From NCBI RefSeq assembly GCF_037042905.1, contig NC_087250.1:4092001-4156000 (forward strand): 64,000 bases of DNA, in the 5' to 3' direction. Shown piece after piece: positions 22,555-32,698 of this stretch. Within the stretch, counting starts at the first letter, position 1, and every line of letters begins with the position of its first letter. Position numbers and translations under genes: made by a program. Under the pieces are notes generated by a model. That model worked only from the letters and a program-made list of their open reading frames with translations. It had not been told where the DNA came from and did no database searches. This DNA is from Lytechinus pictus (lineage: Eukaryota).

Positions 22555-23121
22555 TGAGCTGCTGTAAGGTTCATGGCTAAAATTCATAAATAAAACACTG
22601 TCAATTTTTTTTAAATCAAAATCGGATAACAAATTTTATAACGAAGTTATTTAATTTTAGAGTTAAGCAATATTTTGTGAAAACAATTTTATGAACTTTG
22701 TCATGAATATTCATCAGGTAGGCTGATGATGTCACATCCCCGCTTTCATTTTTTATTACATGAAATCACAATTCATACATGAGAACGAAAAACGATATGA
22801 ATTCCTTATAATAAATCAATGAATATCTAATGCACTATAAAATCATATTGTCAATCCACTTTTTTAATTTCAAGGTAGAAAATATTTGAAAAAACCTAAT
22901 TTCATATAATAAAATACAAAGAAACAAGTGGGGATATGACATCATCAGTTTGCTCGTTGAATATTCATGAAATGCTTTGAACTGTTTCACTGGAATAATT
23001 CAAATAAAAATGCCATAGATTTGTTAATCCTTGATTTGGATGAAATTTTCAGTGCTTTGTTTGTCTGAATTTTCTTTATCTGTTAAAATCGTATTATTTT
23101 CAGCCTGGAGAATCCTTTTAA
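22555..23121. mobile_element. Degenerate Kolobok-like MITE
   Basis: Ends CAGCCTGGAGAATCCTT-TTAA, with internal inverted motifs (GATGATGTCACATCCCC / GGGGATATGACATCATC). Relatives at ~29815-30272, ~53600-53935 and ~59866-60250. Confidence 0.55.
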
Positions 23122-24963
23122 TGCCATCATGCTTTATTTTGACTGGTTGTGTGTTACTAAGTGTAGTATATGTAGACATACACACACACAGCAAACCCTC
23201 ACAAATATAAATATATATATCAAACTCTTTGAAAAAGGCGTGTTTTTTAGCATTTATCCCTGCCGCCGTCTGTCCGTTAATGTTTGTTTTCCCTTGTTTC
23301 AATTTCCCCTAATTTACTAGAACCCAAAACGACCGTATTTATTATGACTGGTGGGGAATGACATCCGAAAAGGGGGTTGGTTAGTTTCCAGGGGGGGGGG
23401 CTTCGATTTGCCTGAACTTTTCAACTAAAGAGGCCCTAAACATGTCTCTAACTAGTATAAAGTTTAATTGATAATGTGTGAAATGATATTAAATTGATAA
23501 TGAAAAAAATAATGAAAGGAACAAAAGTTGAGAATAAAAAAATCTAGGGAATAAAAGAAACCTTTGAAATATAGCACCATATAGAACCTTAAGTTTAGTA
23601 AATAAATACATGTTTCTCTTGGGAAACAGAGGGCACGTGCAAAATGGAGAATAAAGGGGATGGGGTAAATAGCAGTGATAGTGCTAGTGAATCCCCGAAA
23701 TATATTTCCACGGAGATATTTCTTTTAGCTCCATATTTCCAAAATATTTGTCAAATGTGACTTGATAAAATGATGCATGTGTGCAAGATTAAAGTCTAGG
23801 TATGATTGATTCTATCCATAAAACAGACCATTTGTAATTAAACTTGAAATAAGGATTTTTGTTGTTCCGTCTTCCATTTCGTATATATTTTCTTCAATTC
23901 TATTCAACCAGATGTAGGGACAAACCAATTTTTTTCGGATTATAAATAAAAATTGCCGTAAATATAGATACAATATCTATGTAAAATAAAAAAATAGCAA
24001 TATCTCTTTCAAGTTTATGTTTTAATTTTTTTTTTTTTTTACCGCCGAACAATCAGATACAAGTCATACAATTTGTATAACTGTATTAAATCAATATAAG
24101 CATTGAAAATACAAGAGTTTTGGAAATAGAAACATCAGAAGCTTTTATTCATATATATCTAAGATGTCTTTATCTTCTCCTTCGTCTTTTTACTCTTTGG
24201 TTGTATTTTTGTTTTTTGACAATCTGTCTGCCTACTCCAGTATAAGGCATAACAACCCATCCCCCGAAAAAAAGAATAAATAAATGAATGAAATAACACA
24301 CAAAAATAGCACACTACTAAAAATGTAAAAAAAGAAGCGTGTTATATAGATCAGATATTGATTTTATTCGAACAATCAATGTTTTAATTCAGAAGTAACG
24401 AAGTGGGGTGTGTGTGGCAATTTGCCCCTACAGTTTCCTACATGGAACAGGTGCTCTTGTATTTATTATAAGAAAGCTCAATTAGACCTCAGAAGTCAGT
24501 ATCTAAGGTCACATTGGGTGATTTTAAGTTCAGAGTTGACCTGTTGGTGTTGGATTAGGTCAATTATAACACGAGCTTATTAGCACCGAACACTCTAAAA
24601 ACACTGAGTAAAATTTTACCCATTATATGGTAGAAAGGGAACGTGCATGTGTTCTGGGTATTTCTTTTTTTACCCCATATTGGGCTATTTCAACGCAATA
24701 TTGCGTAAATTTGTTCACCCAACCAACACGCATGTTCCCATTTTACCCAATATTGGGTATACATTTTTTTTTTTGGAGTAAATATAACATATTATATAAT
24801 TGGTCCTGAAAAAACGCTCACTAGGTATTGAGCCGTTAATATTGAGATCTGCATCCTTTTTAAAACTCAGAATAGGTTGTAGAGCTAGAAAGCACAATCC
24901 CAATTGTGCTTCCAACACCAACACCAGCACCGGACTTGAAATCATCAATTTTTATATATAGAC

Positions 24964-26424
24964 CTACATAGTGACATCGATATCCATTACTCGTGTTCTC
25001 TGGCTTTCAAGATTGCATTTCCCATACCACCAGTCGTAGAACACAGGGTGGCGACCCTGCCAGGGATATCTTTCTGGAAACAATGATTTCATAACCAGTC
25101 CTTTGATGATGATGCACATGCTGTGGCTGTTTGTCTTTGCGCGACTGGTCAAAAGACTATCCCCCTTCTCTACCCCACCTAACCTCCTCCAGGAAAAGTA
25201 CTCTAGATATTTCTGCTGGTCGCGATCCAGGAGGTTGATGTATTCCACGAACTCTCGAACAGTCTTGAAGTCGTCGAGATATATGAATGAGTGCGGTGGA
25301 ATCAGACGTTCGTAGTCGGCTTTCGGCGCGCCGAAGACGATCGGGACGCTTCCAACTGCGAGAGCGTTGTCCCAGATCTTTTCTGTAATGTACTCAGGGC
25401 ATTGAGTATTCTCCAACGCCAGGGTGAATTTATACTCTGCACGCATATCCCAGCATGCGTCCTCCGAGAGAGGGCATTCTAGCCGTCCGCACCTGCCGTA
25501 GGTATCGACGCTCAGGTAGTTCTGGAGTTCTTTAACAAACCTTGTCCTCGCCCAACTGGTACTGTTGCAGTTAGTTGCGACCCATATCATCAGTTTGTCC
25601 TTCTGGAGAATCTTCGGATCTGGTTCTGCGAGTTCTGTGTCCACGAAGTAATAACCTGGAGCAATATCTGACTCGAGGAGGTAAGTTAGCGAGAGGTTAA
25701 AAGGATTACCATACTCTCTAGGTGGACTCGCAGGTGGGCCATGGATAGAGGCTTCCTTGGAATGGAACACCCAGAACTGGCCAGGCGGCCGGTTTTGGAC
25801 ATAAGGTGCCCAATCACGGTTATCGATGTGAAAGACCACCACGTCACTTTCTAAGAAGTCCTGAAAGTCTTTTCCAACCTTGGTTTCAATCCAACAGTCG
25901 GAGAACTTACACTTCAGACGCTTCCAGTTTAAAGTCAAAACTTGGATAACCCGTTCATCAAGTTCCCTGCACATTTGGAAGACCCTGATTACACAATCTG
26001 TTTGGGAGTCGTTGGCTGCTGCCGCTGCGTCCTGGAACTTCTTCAACAACCTGTTAGGACCGGACGCTGATCCAACGCTGTCATCGGCTAATACTTTCCT
26101 CATCCATGATGCATCCACGTTACTGTCAATCTTAAACTCCCTGTTGACAGCGGCAGTCTTTATGATCTCTTGGCTTAGTCGGAGATCATCTAGCTCTGGG
26201 ACATGATCGTAGTACCTACTTTTTGATATCTTCGACCGAGGAAGGGCTTTGCCATTTCGGTATACCAATCTGTTTACGTTCTCTACAAGTTTGCGTTCGG
26301 AGTAGCTAAGAGACACCAGGTGGTTCCGCAGTTCAACGTAAGTCTTGAAGACCACGATCATCAAGAGGCTGCCCCCGATCACGATTAAACGATTCTTTAA
26401 AGTGCCAAGGTTTACGATGTCCAT
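24964..26424 (-). CDS. Alpha-1,3/4-fucosyltransferase (GT10), copy B, 486 aa
   Basis: Same motifs as copy A, with 13 nucleotide and 11 amino-acid differences. ORF intact, ATG at 26424 after the same acceptor. Confidence 0.92.
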   Translation of the reverse strand: MDIVNLGTLKNRLIVIGGSLLMIVVFKTYVELRNHLVSLSYSERKLVENVNRLVYRNGKALPRSKISKSRYYDHVPELDDLRLSQEIIKTAAVNREFKIDSNVDASWMRKVLADDSVGSASGPNRLLKKFQDAAAAANDSQTDCVIRVFQMCRELDERVIQVLTLNWKRLKCKFSDCWIETKVGKDFQDFLESDVVVFHIDNRDWAPYVQNRPPGQFWVFHSKEASIHGPPASPPREYGNPFNLSLTYLLESDIAPGYYFVDTELAEPDPKILQKDKLMIWVATNCNSTSWARTRFVKELQNYLSVDTYGRCGRLECPLSEDACWDMRAEYKFTLALENTQCPEYITEKIWDNALAVGSVPIVFGAPKADYERLIPPHSFIYLDDFKTVREFVEYINLLDRDQQKYLEYFSWRRLGGVEKGDSLLTSRAKTNSHSMCIIIKGLVMKSLFPERYPWQGRHPVFYDWWYGKCNLESQRTRVMDIDVTM

Positions 26425-27139
26425 GCTCTGTACCTGCAGGAGAACAAACACAGACTCATATAATACTGTTTCCTCTTAATTTCAACACTCTATACAGGGA
26501 GTTTCTAAAAAAGGGGAGCCGAAGTTCAGAGACGTCAGCTATATCAAGATTACATAGGCCTAACTTCTTGTGATTTGTATTCTATATAACTATAGGTAAC
26601 TCATCAACTTTAATTTGTCACATTAATCGTCACTGGTCACAACGTTATCCTTCAGAGGCGAAGGGTACAAAACCTATCCCCCCCCAAGTTTTTTGTTTTA
26701 ATGTACATGCACGAAACAAACTTTTTTTTGTGAAGTTTTTGTTTCCTCAGAGTTTTTCCCTTCAAAGTTCCATGAAATGCTATGCCCACTGTTAACTTTT
26801 TGTGAGTGACTAGCATTTACATATCAACTGCCTAGCTCCAAAACGTTATTCATCCCTTCCTTTTGCACCAACACATTCAACGTTTTCACAGTACCTCCCC
26901 TGGATCGACGCTGTCATGTCTTGCATTGCTCTTTTAATCATTGTCGGAAGGTGACGGAGAACGTGTATTTCGTACTAAATGTGCCTGCAAGTCACCAAGG
27001 ATGTGCTCAACCAAACTTGCAGCTAGAACCCAGTTATGTTTCATTCACTCGCAAACAAATCGGCAGAAGCGATAACATTATACTGAAATTTGCAGAGGAA
27101 AACTCTTGATGAAACCAAAACATTACAACACAGTGGGTA

Positions 27140-27398
27140 CACTAGCGTACCTACGGGGGGAGCAGAGGGTGCAGTCTGCCCCACCTGACGAGCCACAACC
27201 CATGCAAAGGACGTATCCCTGCCCTCCCCCCTGACGAGCTTGAAAGACCTTTTTTGCCCCCCCTGACGAACTTGAAGACCTTTATTGACCCCCCTAACGA
27301 GCTTGAAGACCTTTTTTTTTTTTTTTTTTTTTTTTTTGCTTGTCAATTTTTTTTCTGGTTTTGCCCCCCCCCTGTGAAAAATCCTAGGTACGCCACTG
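27140..27398. mobile_element. hAT-like MITE, unit B counterpart of 20022-20363, ~83 bp shorter
   Basis: Same TIRs and the same AGTGGGTA TSD. Confidence 0.85.
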
Positions 27399-29588
27399 AG
27401 TGGGTATCTTGCACGTACGTTACAACAACAACAACAAACAAAAAACTTGGAAAAAGTAGGTTTTGTACTCTTCGCCTTTGAAGGAGCATAACTCTGAGAC
27501 CCGTGACAATTGTGACGCAAGCAAAGTTTCAAATTAAAGTTGATGGATAGAATAAAATAAATTATGTATTATTGATATATAGCTGACCTTTGAACTTCGG
27601 TTACCTTTTTTTAGAAACAAAATGTATATTATAAACCCTTGTTGCCAAAATAAACTATGGAAAATGGAATCTAAGGCTAAACGAGGACTCAAAATACACG
27701 ATATTTTCCAATGGAGAGTAAACAATGGAAAATATTGGGGTATAGTTTATGATAATTCCTGAGGGCTTAGGCGTAATATATATAGATCCTCTCAAATTTC
27801 TTTTCCAACAGGTAAGAACAATCTGAGCCAAAATGACAATTAATGCTATTGCGATCATTAAAGAAAAAAATATTAATACTTTTGGTCATGAATCTAGCTA
27901 TGCTAGCCGTGGTGATGGCATAATGAGCCAATATGCCTGTACTATGCACGTGACCAGCTGTGAGTTTTATTATGAAATATTAGCGAGTTTTTTGCAATCG
28001 CAAGGGAGACTGCTGACTTTACAACATAGAAAATCTATTGAAAATGCCAGTCAAATCACAAGGAGCGGCTGAGGGGTCTTTGTCGAAAATTGATGAACCG
28101 GCAGAGCTCATGATCGTCGTAAGATTATGAGCGGACGAAAAATTGCAAATATGTCGTTTGTCCAGAGTCCAGGACGAAACTGCTGTTTTGGATTAACCGA
28201 TTTTTGACTAAGACTGATTTGTCTCGAAGGGCTTTTGATTATATTTTTGCTATGTTGCAGAATTCAAACTCTCTTTAAAAAGACTGTACTTTTTTTAAAT
28301 GAATTCAATGCTGAGTTACAATGTATTATCTATACGATGTTAAGTTCTCATTCTCTTTTCTTTAATTGCGAATGGTATTTATCATGACTGTTTCCTTTCT
28401 ACCTCTTCCATCTTCACTGTCTCCCCTCTCTTTCTGTTTTCTCTCTCTCTAATTTATGTGTATACATATGTGTGTGTGTGCTCATTGTTACATATGTATT
28501 TTTAATGTATAATTTGTATAATAATGTTATAATGTATAATTTGTATTATAATGTTAACCTCAAATGTTTAGTGTATGTTGGGACCCTGCTTACAAGCACT
28601 GTGCTTATTAAGGGTATCCCTCCATTTTTAAACAATATGTATTTGTATTTCATGTCAGATTTTTATGTACACTTATTTTTAAAGATGGTAAATAAATTGA
28701 AATTGAAATCTGTCCCCCTCGCGACTGCAAAAACTCCCTATTCCCACTCTTTGTTCAATGAAATGACAGAACCAAGCCAACAACAGTCGAAACTAAATCA
28801 TAACAAACACGTTTTACTTATTTAATAGAGTGATCGACATTCTTTAATTAAAAGGGTTGAGATATGCTATTGAACATGCTTTCACCCTCAGAAATGTTTA
28901 ACCGACATTGAAGTGATATGAACCTACCAACCGTTGTTTTTTAAATAAAAATGCATGCAAAATGAGGTCGACAGTTGGTCTGTTAGTATCTTGCGCAGCT
29001 TTTGGCAGGATTAACAAATCTCCTGAGAGTGTTAAAAAATCATATGCCATGTAATTAATTTCATGCATTGCTCATATTGAATATTCGCAAAGTGCATTTT
29101 GAAGTAGATTGCCTGTCACTCTCGCCACTGTACAGTCAAATAAAATATAACATGAAATACTGTTCAGCCAAATGAATTAATACAGCAAGTAAACAACATA
29201 TTAAAGTACTCACCTTTTGTTGACGTTAGCGTGTCCACTTATTATCAAAAACATATCCTGCTTCTAACATTGACAGGAAAAATTGTGGGGATCCAGAGTC
29301 CGCGAGTCAGCAGCTCTTAAGGTTTAAGGTTCTTGACACGATAGGAGAATTGACCTCAATGTTGTAGGCTATAGTGTAAGAGAGAGAGAACGGAGAAATG
29401 GGGGACCAGATCGATCGATAGTCTATGTATCCCCATCACATCACGTCACTGTGCTTAGGGGTGGGGAGAAATGTTTTTAAGCGACTATTGATTAAAAAAG
29501 GCAGAACTAATTCTTCAAAGCGCTGGAGAAGGTTTGAATATCGATTGATTATCCCGGTCGGTCATCGTGGTCATTCCGGGATATGTAT

Positions 29589-29806
29589 CACAGCAAAAAC
29601 TGTGGTGTTAACCGGTGTACATAGAGGACCACACCAGTTATTTTACTCCGGTGTTAAATTGATGGTGATAGTTTAACACCTTTGGTTGTTACATTTACAC
29701 TCTTTGGTGTTATGTTCAATCTCTAGGGTGTAATTTTAACACCTCGGGGTATGGACCTCTATTAACACCAACTGGTGTCAGTTTTAACACCACAGTTTTT
29801 ACAGTT
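29589..29806. mobile_element. CAC-type MITE present only in unit B
   Basis: Same family as 9304-9543. Unit A has the empty site GGATATG-TA-GTTTTTGAG (TA at 22548-22549), and the TA is duplicated here. Confidence 0.85.
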
Positions 29807-30537
29807 TAGTTTTTGAGCTGCTGTAAGGTTCATGGCTAAAATTCATAAATAAACACTTTTTTTTTAAATCAAATTCGGATAACAAATTATATAACGAAGT
29901 TATTGAATTTCAAAGTTAAGCAATATTTTGTGAAAACAATCTTTAATACTTTGTCATGAATATTCATCAAGTAGGCTGATGCTGTCACATCCCCGCTTTC
30001 CTTTATTACGTTATTACATGAAATCATAATTGTTTTATTTTTCATATATGTGAGAACGATATGAATTCCTTATAATGAATCAATGAATATCTATTGTACT
30101 AAATGATATTGTCAATCCATTTTTTTAAGTTTAAGGTAGAAATATTTGAATAAACCTTATTTCATATAATAAAATACAATTAAAGAACATGACATCACCA
30201 GTTTGCTCGTTGAATATTCATGAAGACATGCCGAGACCTGTTTCACTGGAATAATGCAAATCAAAATGCCATCAGGGGCGGATCCAGCCCAGGACGAAAT
30301 TTCGATTGAATACCCAATGAATTTCATTAAATACCAATTGACAATTCTTGGTTTCAATTTGGAGCACATGGAAAGTGAAACAATGGGTACACATTTGAAC
30401 CAATAGGCCATTTGCCCCAATTGCATTGGAACCAATATTGGAACTTGGTCCCCATTGAAACCAATCGACTTTTGGTCCCAATTGGAACCAATAGTCAAGT
30501 GACTTCAACTGGAACTAATAGCCAATTTGTCTCAATA

Positions 30538-30753
30538 CACTAAAAAAATATTGGGTAAAAATGCTTTATGAGGGTAATTATGTGTCCAATCAATATTGGG
30601 CATTTCTTAAGGCCACTTTTATTTATCCAGTGTATTTTTAACCTAATACTGGACAATATGCTTTCCGCATTGGGTAAGATACTGCCCACAATTGGTTGGA
30701 CACATAATTACCCCGTGCTGGTGAAAATTTTACCCAATATTTTTTTTATGGTG
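30538..30753. mobile_element. CAC...GTG MITE with TA TSD
   Basis: CACTAAAAAAATATTGGGTAAAA / TTTTACCCAATATTTTTTTTATGGTG. Confidence 0.8.
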
Positions 30754-31097
30754 TAGGCTATAGGTAATCAGTTGGTTAGGATCCAAATAAAACTAATTGC
30801 AGCCAAGTGGTCTCAGTTGTAAGCAATTGGAACTTCTAATTGACACAGCCAACATCAGTTGAACAATGGTATCGTAGTAGGATACTAGGAAATTTCAGCA
30901 ATATCTGTTCATGCTAATGCAGAAGCATATACTAGCTAGCTGTCTGTCTGCATAAACATCCATGTAAAGGACAAAAAAGTACTATATACGCAAACCATTT
31001 ATTCCATCTGGTGAAGAGCAGCTGCTACAAGCGTGTAAATAAAAGTATATTCTTATTTCATGTATTTGGTGCGGTTTGGTTGTGGTTAGGGATCTAC

Positions 31098-31157
31098 CAG
31101 TGGCGTACCTAGGATTTTCCACAGGGGAGGCAAAATCGGCCGCCCAAAAATTTGACA

Positions 31158-31195
<38 letters not shown>

Positions 31196-31446
31196 TCAAT
31201 AAAAATATAAAGGTTCTCGTAACAAAAAAAAATTTGACATGCAAAAAAAAAAAAAAAAAAAAAAAAAAGGTATTCAAGCTCATCAGGGGGCAATAAAGGT
31301 CGTCGTCAAGCTCGTCAGGGGGGGGGCAAAGAAGGTCTTTTAAGCTCGTCAGGGGGGGCAGGTATATGTATTTTGTATGGGTTGTGGCTCGTCAGGGGGG
31401 GCAGAGTGCCCCCCTGGCCCCCCCCCCCCCCGTAGGTACGCTAGTG
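31098..31446. mobile_element. hAT-like MITE (8-bp TSD GGATCTAC)
   Basis: TIRs CAGTGGCGTACCTA / TAGGTACGCTAGTG. TSD at 31090-31097 and 31447-31454. Confidence 0.88.
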
Positions 31447-31845
31447 GGATCTACTAATAAACTTTTAATCTATTACAATTCAAATATAATCATTAATGGG
31501 GGGTTTTTATTCTTTGTTACTCATTATTTACTTGTTTCTTAAAACTAATGTAGCCTATATCACTTCAAAAAGGCAAATGATTGAAAAGTAGGCCTACATT
31601 GCAAAGGCAATGGAATGGCATCAAGCACAGTGCTGTCATATACAAGTGATATGCAAATAAGCTGATCACATGATCAATTGGAAGCCAATTGGCTATTGGT
31701 CCCAAATAAAACCAATTCGGGGACCAAGTGGCCCAGTGTGATTAATTGAATCGAATCAAAAGCAAATTGGGCAGTTGGTCCCATTATAATTTAATTGGGG
31801 ACCAATTGAAGACCCATGGAAGACATATTTGGACCAATTGGTCCC

Positions 31846-32215
31846 ATTCTTGAATCTTGAATCTTGAAGAAGTACTCTCCCAAAAGCGTACACGCTGTCC
31901 TGGAGAGGGTTGTGCTGTGTCAGGTGCTGCCAGTGCTTCAGGTGATGTGGTGATCCTGTGGTGGTATTCTTGGTGCACTATATACAGTGTGCTAGGTGCA
32001 GTGTGCGGGTGGTGCGTGTGTGTCCCTCTTACAGCATCTTAAGGAGGGGGAGGCAACATTTGCTGAATGATAGGCAATGTTGCTCCCCGGAAGCCAGCTA
32101 TAGAGGTCGAAGTTACAGCAGCGTTTGGGAGAGTATTCCAAATACGGATGGTTCTTGGGAACATACTGTACATGTAGCAGTTCACTCTACAAAAGGTTGG
32201 GTGTTAGACATCATT
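31846..32215 (-). mobile_element. 3' fragment of a CR1-group LINE
   Basis: Minus strand reads CRVNCYMYSMFPRTIRIWNTLP (ORF2 C-terminal motif) and ends in a (TTCAAGA)3 tail. Confidence 0.7.
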
Positions 32216-32395
32216 AGACATCAAGAACTCATCATCATCATCATCAATTGTTTTTTTCAATTGGTCCCCCATTGAATTCTAATGAGACCAACTGCCCAAT
32301 TTGCTTTTGATTCGATTCAATTCATCACACTGGGCCACTTGGTCCCCGAATTGGTTTTATTTGGGACCAATAGCCAATAGCCAAGACCAACTGAC

Positions 32396-32698
32396 CATGA
32401 CCCTGGGAAGCGGGAGTGCTGGGCGTGCTTCAGCTAGCACCCCAACAATTTCCTTGGGCGTGCTTCATGTATTATTCTCCATAGGCTGCGGCACCCCCAT
32501 TCTGGAAGATGTGGAATAATGGAAAAATGTAACCAAAATGACCTTCATTTTTCGTTTTGGAGTGAAACCTTTTTTTCCTTCTTATTTCAAATTTCTCGGG
32601 AAAAATTTGATCTCTGTTTTGTAGAGAAAACTTTTTTGGGGGGCTTTTAAAATTTACATCAGCACCCCCAGTAAAAAAAAATTGTTCCCAGGGCCACG
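32396..32698. mobile_element. hAT-like MITE
   Basis: TIRs CATGACCCTGGGAA / TTCCCAGGGCCACG, near-perfect 8-bp TSD CAACTGAC / CAACTAAC. Confidence 0.7.

Larger units (their letters stand above)
10480..23125. repeat. Tandem segmental duplication, unit A (includes the 5.8-kb LINE insertion)
   Basis: 10480-10839 matches 23126-23479, and 16669-~23017 matches 23775-~30272. Confidence 0.9.
23126..30274. repeat. Tandem segmental duplication, unit B
   Basis: Colinear with unit A. Retains the 295 bp absent at the LINE site and carries an extra MITE. Confidence 0.9.
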
